NCBI GenBank assembly: GCA_029781045.1
Contig: JAKOXL010000024.1
Span: 23,210-87,209, forward strand
DNA: 64,000 nucleotides
DNA from: Bacillota bacterium
Lineage (GTDB): Bacteria > Bacillota > UBA994 > UBA5500
Direction of reading: 5' to 3'
The position numbers and the translations under genes were made by a program. The notes under the pieces were generated by a model. That model saw only the letters and a program-made list of their open reading frames with translations. It was not told the DNA's origin and made no database searches. Below are positions 1-8,372 of the stretch, piece after piece. Position 1 is the stretch's first letter. Every line of letters starts with the position of its first letter.

Positions 1-861
1 GTCATGCCCAGAATAGCCACTAGTTTACATGTTTTCCCGGCCTGCTTTTGTAACCACGCTCCGCTCAAGTAGGAGGTGAGGGCCATTCCCAATACGGGTA
101 TGGCGATAACGAGTCCCTTTCTGAGGCCTTCTATACTATAGTTGTCCTCTAGAATATCAGAGAGGTAACTCAACAGACCAAAGAGCAGAAACAGAACTAG
201 GGAACCTGCCAAATAGGCAGCCCCAAGGGAAAGGGCATTTCTCTTCAGTATTCTCCCTATCTCGCTGAAATAGGTACCGGCTCCTACCGGTTCCTTTTGT
301 CTTTCTGGCTCTTTCACTGTAACCCAAACTCCGATAGCTACGGGGACTGCTAACAGAGGATAAACAAAAAAGGGTGCAAACCAGATGATGAGGCCGGCAA
401 GAGAGCCTAGAATAGGGCTAACAACTTTACCCAGGCCGTTAGCCGATTCCAAAAGCCCCAGAGCTTTCGCTCTTTCACTGGATTGAAAGATGTCTCCGGT
501 CAAAGCCATGGCCATTTGATAAGTTCCCCCTCCTCCTAGCCCCTGTAACACACGGGCAGCTAGGAGAAAAGGGAAAGGGTAGGGTATAAGCATAGCTGCT
601 ACACCTGCCAGCAATCCACCTATGCCAAAAACGAAAAGGGCTGGCACAATCACTACCTTTCGCCCATAGCGATCCGATAAGAAACCGGCAAGCGGAATAC
701 TAAGTCCGGCGGGCACAGAAAAGGCGGTCACTATTAGCCCAACCTGAAAGGGTGTCAGCTGCATCTGGCCCTGCATCATGGGTAAAACTGGTATCAGTAG
801 GCTGTTGCTAAGTACCATGACAAAGGGTACTCCACAAAGGAAGGCGAAGGGGATGCGCATG
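1..861 (-). CDS. MFS transporter; the 3' end runs past the window start. Begins with ATG (reverse complement) at 859-861 after GAAGGAGG
   Basis: Manual minus-strand translation gives MKASMRIPFAFLCGV...GFLSDRYGRKVVIVPALFVFGIGG..., carrying the MFS loop motif G-x-L-a-D-R-x-G-R-K and many TM segments. Not in the ORF track because it is truncated. Confidence 0.6.
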
Positions 862-893
862 CTGGCTTTCATCAAGCTGCCTCCTTCAGGATA

Positions 894-2103
894 TCAGTCT
901 ACGTTAGCTTCACCCTTGACCTCATTGGGTATGCGGCTTGGTAGCTTCTCGTTAACAGATAGAAGCAATGCCCATGCCATAGCTTGTAATAGGGCAGCCA
1001 GTAGAAAGCCGCTGTCAAAGCTGCCAGTCAGATCAACAATCAGTCCCGTAATAGTTGGTGCCAGTACCATGCTTATCGTACCGGCGAAGTTAAGGAGAGC
1101 AAAAGCTTTGCCATGGGAGTTGGCAGCGGTTTGCTCGGCAACTGAAGCAATTAGTAGGGGGTCAATTACCAGTTTTCCGCTGAGCCCATACAACAAGAGG
1201 GCCGCATATAGTCCTATCACCGACGGTGATAAGACCACCAAGGCTAAAGCCAACGCTTCCAGCGGCAGCAGCCAAAGCATTATTCGGCGCCGCTCACCGC
1301 TACGGTCGGCCAAAATACCGATGAGTATGGCGCTAGGAATGGTGGCCAGCGGCATAATTGTGCTTACTACCCCAGAGATACCACCTTCCATGTTGCGCAC
1401 TGTCTGCAGATAATAAGGCAGCCAGGTGACTATCACATAAAAACCATACATGGAGAGGGCGCCTACTAGAAAGAGTTTTACCAGATTAGCGCTGGGGTAA
1501 AAGGGGGCGGGTGGCTCCAGCAACTCGTCAGCCTTCTCCGAGCGGGCATCTGGTTTCACCAACTTTGCCATGACGGTAGTGAGAATAAAGGCTAGCCCCC
1601 CACCCAGTAGCAGTGGGTAGCGCCAGTTGAGACCTAGGCGCCACACCATGATGCTGGCAATTAAGGTGCCTAGGCCGATGCCCAGGGCACTGCCGCTCAT
1701 AGTTAGAGCACTGGCAAGAGCACGGTATCTGGATGGGACTGCAGCCGTACTTATCGCATATTGCGGGGCAAAATAGGTGCCTTGACTCAATCCCGTAAGA
1801 GCACGGGCCCCGACCAACCAATAGAAAGTGGTGGCCATTCCGGAAGCCAGAGCGCCCAGCGCATGAAACAAGAAGCCGGGAACGAGGACTTGCTTGCGCC
1901 CCCAACGATCAGCCAGCATGCCAGCTGGCACTTGCGCGGCGGCATAAAAGAAGAAGAAGTCCCAATTGGGTACGACTGAGGCCCCAAAGCCCTTCTAGAG
2001 CGGACATTATTGCTGTTAGTGATGTGCGGTTGGCATACATTAGTAGCCAACCGAGGAAAAAGACGAAGACTAGACTTTTCCAATACTTTTCCTCTCGTGA
2101 CAA
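894..2103 (-). pseudogene. MFS transporter interrupted by an apparent frameshift. The N-terminal segment is ORF 1909-2103 and the body is ORF 894-1931
   Basis: ORF 1909-2103(-) gives TM1 (MSREEKYWKSLVFVFFLGWLL...LSRTQLG). ORF 894-1931(-) continues in another frame with FFFFYAAAQVPAGMLADRWGRKQ, the MFS D-R-x-G-R-K motif. The frames switch inside a CTTCTTCTTCTTTT tract around 1945-1965. Confidence 0.5.
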
Positions 2104-2184
2104 GCCTCTGACCTCCTTCTTATATTAGGTTTGTGTAGCGAAATATGGTATGATGAAACTTAAACAAGCCGGACATTAGGGGAG

Positions 2185-2934
2185 GTGTCCCTTTTGGATC
2201 CAGTCGCCTTTACTATTGCTGGTATAGAGATACGTTGGTATGGGATTATAATCTCACTAGCCATTTTCTTGGGTTTACATCTGTCACTGCGGGAAATCCG
2301 TCGTCTAGGTGAAGACGAAGATAAGTTCATCTCTCTGTTCTTATACGTAATCCCGGCTGCTATTGTGGGCGCGCGCCTCTATTATGTGGCCTTTTCCGGA
2401 ATGCTCGACTGGTACATGCGCCATCCCTTGGAGCTTATCAACACCCGTCGAGGTGGTATGGCTATTCATGGCGCTTTGATTGGCGGCTTCTTAGTCGGCT
2501 GGCTATTCACCCGTCGACACAACATCAACTTTCGCAAGTGGGCCGATGTGGTAGCCCCCAGTGTGATTTTAGGGCAAGCCATTGGCCGCTGGGGAAACTA
2601 TTTTAACCAAGAAGCCTATGGTCGGGAAACCAATCTGCCTTGGGCCATGTATATTGATGGTGCTTACCGGCACCCTACTTTTCTGTATGAATTCTTGTGG
2701 AACCTGCTGGTCTTTGCTTGGCTTCTGCAACGTAGAAAGCGAAAGAAGTTTGAAGGGGAGCTGGTGCTGTGGTATCTCTTGCTGTATTCAGTGGGGCGCT
2801 TCTTTATCGAAGGTCTGCGCACCGACAGTTTAATGCTAGGTCCCATTAGAGTGGCTCAACTGTTGAGCTTGTCCTTAATAGCTGTCTGTTCCTATTTGCT
2901 ATGGCGAGGGAACAAGCAATCCCAATCAATATAG
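2185..2934 (+). CDS. lgt: Prolipoprotein diacylglyceryl transferase. The start may be TTG at 2194 rather than GTG at 2185
   Basis: LDPVAFTIAGIEIRWYGIIISLAIF and HPTFLYEFLWNLL are Lgt signature regions. GGGGAGGTG RBS at 2179-2187. Confidence 0.85.
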   Translation: MSLLDPVAFTIAGIEIRWYGIIISLAIFLGLHLSLREIRRLGEDEDKFISLFLYVIPAAIVGARLYYVAFSGMLDWYMRHPLELINTRRGGMAIHGALIGGFLVGWLFTRRHNINFRKWADVVAPSVILGQAIGRWGNYFNQEAYGRETNLPWAMYIDGAYRHPTFLYEFLWNLLVFAWLLQRRKRKKFEGELVLWYLLLYSVGRFFIEGLRTDSLMLGPIRVAQLLSLSLIAVCSYLLWRGNKQSQSI

Positions 2935-2974
2935 GTCATAGGGAGGCTGTGCAAGTCAAAGCTTGCGACAGCCT

Positions 2975-3424
2975 CTAAGTTATTCTGCGAGCCCTTAACC
3001 AAACAAGCAGGGGGTGCCCCAATCCCACCACCACAACGGCTTCACTGATTCCCAGGGTGATGACACATAGCCAGTAAGGAATTCCTAAAGCTGGGGCCAA
3101 GTAGATACTGACGAGGACTCCGTTGAGCACAACAGGCCAGAGATAGGCTAGCCAGCTGTCTCTTGTACGATAGGTTAGGTAGGCAGCGATCAAGGTCACC
3201 AGGCTACCGCCGAAAATATCTAAAGGCCCGAAGCCTCCCATAATATTGGCTAAAAGTACACCCACATATAAGGCGATGACCGATTCGGGGTATATGATCG
3301 GCAATACGGTCAGGGCTTCGCTGGCCCGAAACTGAATGTGGCCAAAACCCACGGGTGCGACTATGAAGGTGATAGTAACATATAGACTTGCGATTATTGC
3401 TCCTCTTATTAGCTTCCTCGCCAT
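2975..3424 (-). CDS. Small polytopic membrane protein, possibly a QueT-family or ECF S-component-like transporter
   Basis: 149 aa and highly hydrophobic (GFGHIQFRASEALTVLPIIYPESVIALYVGVLLANIMGGFGPLDIFGG). Assignment to QueT rests on recall only and no preQ1 riboswitch is recognisable in its leader. Confidence 0.4.
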   Translation of the reverse strand: MARKLIRGAIIASLYVTITFIVAPVGFGHIQFRASEALTVLPIIYPESVIALYVGVLLANIMGGFGPLDIFGGSLVTLIAAYLTYRTRDSWLAYLWPVVLNGVLVSIYLAPALGIPYWLCVITLGISEAVVVVGLGHPLLVWLRARRIT

Positions 3425-3640
3425 GCTCCCTTTCCTCCTTCTCGTTATTTCCGATGCAAAGATAGTCTAGTAGAACACTGCCTGAATAGCAACTCTTGCA
3501 CCATGGAGACAAAAATAACATATTATGCAGCATCGAGGGGAGCAAGAAGTGGTATGGAACACTATTTTCTTGCTGTTCATAAGATGGTTTGAAAGGGCTG
3601 CACGGTGGTGCAGAATGAGCAAAGGAGGGAAGAAGGAAGC

Positions 3641-4240
3641 ATGTGGAACAGCACCAAGCTATCAGGCGGTCTACGCGAGATAACGACCAAAGCGACCTGC
3701 GCCAAAGGCCAGAAGCGTTTCCGCCAGATACATAGTATCGTTACCGCCAATCCCGCAGAGCTTGTGCTGGGGAGCAGGATTACCAGCCATAATTACTCGG
3801 CCTGCCCTTTAGCCAACTCCGTTGAGATTAAAGGGTCCTACGATCTGCATATCTGGTACACATACGCAGACGGAACTCTAACTGCTGTGGAAAAGAAGAC
3901 GGTTCGCTATACCGAGCATCTCCCAGTAATCGATTTGGAAGGAGAGCGTCTGCGGAAGGATGAGACTGTAGAGATTACTGTGACGCGGGAGCCGGAAGTA
4001 GCAAACATGCACGTCCGTCGGGGCGCAGTCCAGGTCGAAGTGGATTTGGAGTTCTATGTCGAGATCGTCGGTGAGACTAAGCTTTGGGTAAGGGTCTATG
4101 AACCTCCCTTTGCTGATGATGACAAAAAGGCCAAAGCACTAGAGCTTGATGCTAGTGGCGACTATTTTGATGAAGACGATTTCGACGACGAGGAATACGA
4201 AGATGAATGGGAGGATGAAGACGAGGACTTCGTTCTGTAA
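3641..4240 (+). CDS. cotE: Spore coat morphogenetic protein CotE. True start is the ATG at 3641, not the ORF-track 3605
   Basis: REITTKATCAKGQKRFRQ...VEIKGSYDLHIWYTYADGTLTAVEKKTVRY...EFYVEIVGETKLWVRV followed by an acidic D/E-rich tail closely parallels B. subtilis CotE (EIITKAVVAKGRKF...[24 protein letters not shown]...). AAAGGAGGG RBS 11 nt upstream. Confidence 0.85.
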   Translation: MWNSTKLSGGLREITTKATCAKGQKRFRQIHSIVTANPAELVLGSRITSHNYSACPLANSVEIKGSYDLHIWYTYADGTLTAVEKKTVRYTEHLPVIDLEGERLRKDETVEITVTREPEVANMHVRRGAVQVEVDLEFYVEIVGETKLWVRVYEPPFADDDKKAKALELDASGDYFDEDDFDDEEYEDEWEDEDEDFVL

Positions 4241-4271
4241 TCCCTCCAGCTAGAATAGCGGTTAGTTAATG

Positions 4272-4302
4272 CTCCAGAGGTATCTCTGGAGTATTTTTTT
4301 TG
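4272..4302 (+). terminator. Rho-independent terminator after cotE
   Basis: CTCCAGAG-gtat-CTCTGGAG perfect 8-bp stem followed by a T9 run. Confidence 0.7.
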
Positions 4303-4325
4303 CCTGTCCACAAAAGGCACCGCAA

Positions 4326-5738
4326 ATGCTGACTCATCATATCTTGAAGCAGAACTCCACAGAAACTGGGGGTGCAACAGCGTTGGTCAGGGTCCAACTA
4401 TTTGCGTTGCAGAATCCAGGGGAGGTACATCTCCCTGCCAGTCTTAGTAAGGATTTGCCTAGGGCTACAACTGTTGGCAGTGTTTCCTTTGGTCAAAGAC
4501 AAGCAGAAGCAGTTTTCAAATCCCCCGATAATCATCGCCGTGACAATAGATTGGGGATGGGCGCCGATATAATGCAGGCTTTAGGTCTGCGCCCAGGAAG
4601 CAGGCTGCGGGCAGCATGGGATAGTACCCGCAACCGGCTACGTTTGGGGCCAGTGGTGGCTATTATGGCTTGGCGCTGCCGTTCGTTTCCATCGTTTCAC
4701 CTTTTTGGGCCCGCTACCGACATGGTTCGTACTTTCGTGCGCTTGGTACGAGCCCGTGGCGCAGTAGGTTATGCCTTCTCCCCCAAGGAAATCCATTGGG
4801 AGAGCAATAGTGTGATCGGCTATATTCCGGCTGGGCGAGGATGGCGGAAAGCTCTGATGCCTTTGCCCGACGTTGTCTATGATCGCATTCAAAGCCGGGC
4901 CATTGATGCCAGTAAGCGGGTGCAAACTGCCAAGCAACGACTGATGGCCATGGAGAGCATCCACTATTTTAACCCCTTTTTTCTTGATAAATGGGAAACA
5001 TACGAGGCCCTAGTTCAGGACCCGCAGGCTAAACACTACTTGCCGAGGACAGAGCGACTAACCTCTCTGGACCAACTTGGTCCATGGTTACGAGCATACC
5101 CCACAGTGTTCATCAAACCTGCCAGCGGCTCCTTAGGAATGGGCATCGTTAAGATTAGCCGCATGGCTCGCGGTTACCGTTATCACCGGATTCGCATGGG
5201 TGGTGGCAGCCGTGCCGGGGTCTGTAGTTCTCTACGGAAACTACAAGCTCGACTGCGCGCCATTCTGCCGCGGCGCTCTATGATTATTCAACAGGGGTTG
5301 AACCTAGCGCGTTATGGAGGTCGTCCCTACGATATCCGAGTAATGGTGCAAAAAACGCCGCGGGGTAACTGGGTGTGCACCAACATGATTGCTAGGGTGG
5401 CATCTCCCGGAAGTGCGGTTTCCAACGTGGCTGAGGGAGGCACTATGATTTCGGTACGACGGGCGATAAAAGGGTCCCTAAGGATTAACCCGCGGGTTGC
5501 AACACGACGGATAAGGCGCGGAGCCCGGATAATTGCCCGTGCGGTGGAAACCCAGTTAGGTCAGGAGTTTGGTGAGTTTGGAGTTGATATGGCTCTAGAT
5601 CGGAGAGGAAGGTTATGGTTAATCGAAGTCAATGCCAAACCCGGTCGCCAAAACGACAATCTACCAGGTATTCCTCCTTCCATGCGCCGGATCGCCCGCT
5701 ACGCGGTGGCGCGGGCCAGGTTTAGCGAAAGGGGGTGA
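4326..5738 (+). CDS. YheC/YheD-family ATP-grasp protein, long YheD-like form with an N-terminal extension
   Basis: C-terminal half reads RPYDIRVMVQKTPRGNWVCTNMIARVASPGSAVSNVAEGGT...LWLIEVNAKPGRQ, matching the YheC/D ATP-grasp core (FD[IV]R..QKNG.G.W...IT..NGG...E.N.KPG). The N-terminal ~110 aa (LPASL...LGPVVAIM) is shared with the 8373 paralog. Start moved to the ATG at 4326 because the ORF-track start lies inside the cotE terminator. Confidence 0.7.
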   Translation: MLTHHILKQNSTETGGATALVRVQLFALQNPGEVHLPASLSKDLPRATTVGSVSFGQRQAEAVFKSPDNHRRDNRLGMGADIMQALGLRPGSRLRAAWDSTRNRLRLGPVVAIMAWRCRSFPSFHLFGPATDMVRTFVRLVRARGAVGYAFSPKEIHWESNSVIGYIPAGRGWRKALMPLPDVVYDRIQSRAIDASKRVQTAKQRLMAMESIHYFNPFFLDKWETYEALVQDPQAKHYLPRTERLTSLDQLGPWLRAYPTVFIKPASGSLGMGIVKISRMARGYRYHRIRMGGGSRAGVCSSLRKLQARLRAILPRRSMIIQQGLNLARYGGRPYDIRVMVQKTPRGNWVCTNMIARVASPGSAVSNVAEGGTMISVRRAIKGSLRINPRVATRRIRRGARIIARAVETQLGQEFGEFGVDMALDRRGRLWLIEVNAKPGRQNDNLPGIPPSMRRIARYAVARARFSERG

Positions 5739-7144
5739 GTCGGTTGGCACAGGGTCTAGTCATAATGCCTAATGAGGTAGCAAGTGGCCTGCTATCTGAG
5801 TTATTGCCGGACGTAACAGTTAGCACCACCTATCAGCCTGGAAACTGGAGGTTCATTATACGGTTTGGTGAAGCAAAAGGTAGCGATGATAGTTCCTTTG
5901 TCCTCAATAGAGCAGCAGTGCTGGATACTCCCGACCTGCTCAGTGAATCCCAGGCCCATTGGCGAGCCAGTTCCTTGCGTTTCTTAGCTCCGGGGAGACG
6001 TATAACCTTCTATAAACGCTATCGGGTGCACGTGTTTGATCTGGAGCCCATCTATATGCAGAGGATAGAGATTGGTCGGCGCCGTACCATTGCGATAAAA
6101 CCCAACAGTTCCCAAGAAGCACGGAGGGTAGGAGAGCTGGCAGTGCGGGCCTTCTACACCGCGGGTCTAGACGTGGGGGCAGTAGATATTGGCATCAGCA
6201 GTAGAGGTAGACTGTATCTTATCAATATCTCAGCCTGCCCTCGCATGGGGAGGGCAATCGCCTTAGCCTACGCCAAGCATATACAGGCGTGGATAAAACG
6301 TATGGAGGTCTATTGGACCAGGAGTCTTCTATCGGGACCAAAATGCCCCCAGTATCTGATCGGCGCTGATCCAGAATTTGCACTGCGCGACGCCCGCACG
6401 GGGCGTATGATTTTTGCTTCCGACTATTTCCCTATACAGGGTCTGGTTGGTTGCGATGCGCGCCGTGTTAAACTCGGGCGCTCCGGATACCCGCTAGCTG
6501 AGATTCGCCCTACTCCTACTCAATGTCCCCTAGAACTCTATGAGGGGATCATCCGAGCCTTACGTAGAGCCAACCGTCTGATGCCGAGCCGCTATGTGCA
6601 GTGGCGAGCCGGAACTCTACCTTTTAGTCAGTTGCCAGTTGGTGGGCATATCCACTTCAGTATGTTACCCACAGGTCCCTTGCTCCGGGCCCTAGATAAT
6701 TATCTGGCCGTTATATTCCTGCTGCTCGAGAACCCAGCTGCCGCCCGCAGCCGCCGGAAAAAGTATGGTTGGCTTGGGGATTACCGTTTGAAAACCCATG
6801 GTGGCTTTGAGTATCGAGTGGTCCCCAGTTGGTTGGTAAGCCCAGTCTTTGCTCGAGGCGCCCTTTGTTTGGCTAAGGTAATAGGTTGTGACTGGCCTTA
6901 TTTACGTTTTGATTTATTCATCCGACCGGAGGCCAAAATGGCCTTCCGACAAGCGGATCAAGACTATTTTCGTGCTCAGCTACCAACCCTCTTGGCGGCC
7001 ATCCGCTCGCTACCCACTTATGAAACCTATGCCACAGAGATAGAAGCACTTCTGAGTTTTATTGAGCAGAACAAGCGCTGGAAAACATCCGATGATATTC
7101 GGCGTAGTTGGCGCCTGGTTAAAAACCGCAGGCGTCGTGCTTGA
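5735..7144 (+). CDS. Fusion protein: a truncated ATP-grasp-like N-terminal module joined to a C-terminal glutamine-synthetase-like (GCS2/amidoligase-type) domain
   Basis: N-terminal part RYRVHVFDLEP...AIKPNSS...AGLDVGAVDIGISSRGRLYLINISACP resembles the C-terminal subdomain of the neighbouring ATP-grasp proteins. The C-terminal part carries GADPEF...(~70 aa)...VGGHIHFS...GGFEYRV, reminiscent of the G-x-E-x-E ... G-x-H-x-H pattern of YbdK/GCS2-type carboxylate-amine ligases. GTGA start/stop overlap with the upstream gene. Confidence 0.55.
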   Translation: MSRLAQGLVIMPNEVASGLLSELLPDVTVSTTYQPGNWRFIIRFGEAKGSDDSSFVLNRAAVLDTPDLLSESQAHWRASSLRFLAPGRRITFYKRYRVHVFDLEPIYMQRIEIGRRRTIAIKPNSSQEARRVGELAVRAFYTAGLDVGAVDIGISSRGRLYLINISACPRMGRAIALAYAKHIQAWIKRMEVYWTRSLLSGPKCPQYLIGADPEFALRDARTGRMIFASDYFPIQGLVGCDARRVKLGRSGYPLAEIRPTPTQCPLELYEGIIRALRRANRLMPSRYVQWRAGTLPFSQLPVGGHIHFSMLPTGPLLRALDNYLAVIFLLLENPAAARSRRKKYGWLGDYRLKTHGGFEYRVVPSWLVSPVFARGALCLAKVIGCDWPYLRFDLFIRPEAKMAFRQADQDYFRAQLPTLLAAIRSLPTYETYATEIEALLSFIEQNKRWKTSDDIRRSWRLVKNRRRRA

Positions 7145-7261
7145 GCACAGGCTATTTATGAAAGCCATATATTGTACTACAGCAGGCTACTAGCCTAGGC
7201 CAACGAGAGGCTCTGCAATATTTGTTGACAATCCCTTGAAAGAGAAAGAGATGAATAAGGG

Positions 7262-8365
7262 GTGGATAATGTGGCATCAAGCCGCGTATTGGTGGGAGTA
7301 ATGACTGCCCGCAGGCCGGGCGCGCGCCCTTTTGTGGAGGGTAGGTTCCTACGTGAACTGTCGTATGCGGCACGTCAAGTCGGAATGCGGTTGATTGTGT
7401 TTAGTCCTCTAGATATTAACTGGGGACAACGTCGAGTCCTTGGTTTCACCTATCGTAGGGGGGTTGGTTGGCAAGGCCGTTACTATCCGGTGCCTCGGAT
7501 AGTATATGATCGCATATTCCCTAGCCGAGGAATGTGGGGACTGTACTTTGGGCAGGTAGCCCGAATGCGTCGTGCTTTCCGCGTTACCATGATGGGGCGT
7601 GGCTTGCACGGCAAGTGGCAAATGTATAGGATTGTACGTCGTTACGAAGACCTACGCCCCCACCTGCCCGAGACCAGATTGGGGAGTGTTCGAAACCTAG
7701 CAATAATGCTGAACCGCTTCGACCTGGTCTATGTTAAACCCGTCTTTGGCAGTGGAGGCAAGGGAATAGCCCGCATTCGACGCTGGCGTGGTGGCTATAT
7801 AGTGGACCGTGTTGGCCGTCCACGTCTCCACGCCAGCTCTCTGGCGTCTGTGGTTGCGGCTCTTGGTGGGATGAGTCGTCGTTATGTGGTTCAGCAAGGC
7901 CTAAGGCTCAACTACTTACGAGGAAGTACTTTTGATATCAGGGCCATAGTTCAGAAGAACGGGGAAGGTCAGTGGCAGGTTTCCGGCAAGGCAGTACGGA
8001 TGAGCCGCCCGGGACGGATTACATCCAATTTGCACACCGGGGGGCGAGCCTATTCTGTGCCTGCCCTTCTACAACGCTGCTTTCCCGACAGGGCAGAGGA
8101 ACTGGAGCAAGAACTGGATAAACTTGCCATTCGTGTAGCGGAAGTCATGAATAGGCATGCTGGTCCTCTTTGCGATCTCGGCCTAGACCTAGGCATAGAT
8201 GCAAATGGCAAGATATGGATAATAGAAGTCAACTCAAAGCCTGGTCGAAAGGTCTTTCTGCAAATGGGTGACCGGGAGGGGCGTCAACGGGTGGTACGTA
8301 CATTGATGGAGTATGCCAAGTACCTGAGTGAGCAACGCAATGAGCAACGGAGCCGGGGGAGGTGA
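7262..8365 (+). CDS. YheC/YheD-family ATP-grasp protein, short YheC-like form. Start may be the GTG at 7271
   Basis: TFDIRAIVQKNGEGQWQVSGKAVRMSRPGRITSNLHTGGRA...IWIIEVNSKPGRK. 367 aa, no N-terminal extension. Confidence 0.75.
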   Translation: MDNVASSRVLVGVMTARRPGARPFVEGRFLRELSYAARQVGMRLIVFSPLDINWGQRRVLGFTYRRGVGWQGRYYPVPRIVYDRIFPSRGMWGLYFGQVARMRRAFRVTMMGRGLHGKWQMYRIVRRYEDLRPHLPETRLGSVRNLAIMLNRFDLVYVKPVFGSGGKGIARIRRWRGGYIVDRVGRPRLHASSLASVVAALGGMSRRYVVQQGLRLNYLRGSTFDIRAIVQKNGEGQWQVSGKAVRMSRPGRITSNLHTGGRAYSVPALLQRCFPDRAEELEQELDKLAIRVAEVMNRHAGPLCDLGLDLGIDANGKIWIIEVNSKPGRKVFLQMGDREGRQRVVRTLMEYAKYLSEQRNEQRSRGR

Positions 8366-8372
8366 ACAGTTG

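Noticed and set aside
778-1413. Plus-strand ORF of 211 aa
   Set aside because: Lies antisense to two convincing MFS transporter genes, has no RBS or recognisable domains, and is Ser/Ala/Arg-rich as expected of a GC-rich antisense frame.
3425-3600. Possible preQ1 riboswitch in the leader of the QueT-like gene
   Set aside because: I could not find the preQ1-I hallmark (P1 hairpin followed by a CCC...AAAAAACUA tail) or a preQ1-II-like fold by eye. Only a plausible TTCTTG-N17-TAATAT promoter. The QueT call itself remains weak.
4162-4377. Minus-strand ORF encoding a poly-Ser/Lys-rich peptide
   Set aside because: Antisense to the GAA/GAT-rich acidic tail of cotE. Low-complexity reverse-frame artefact.
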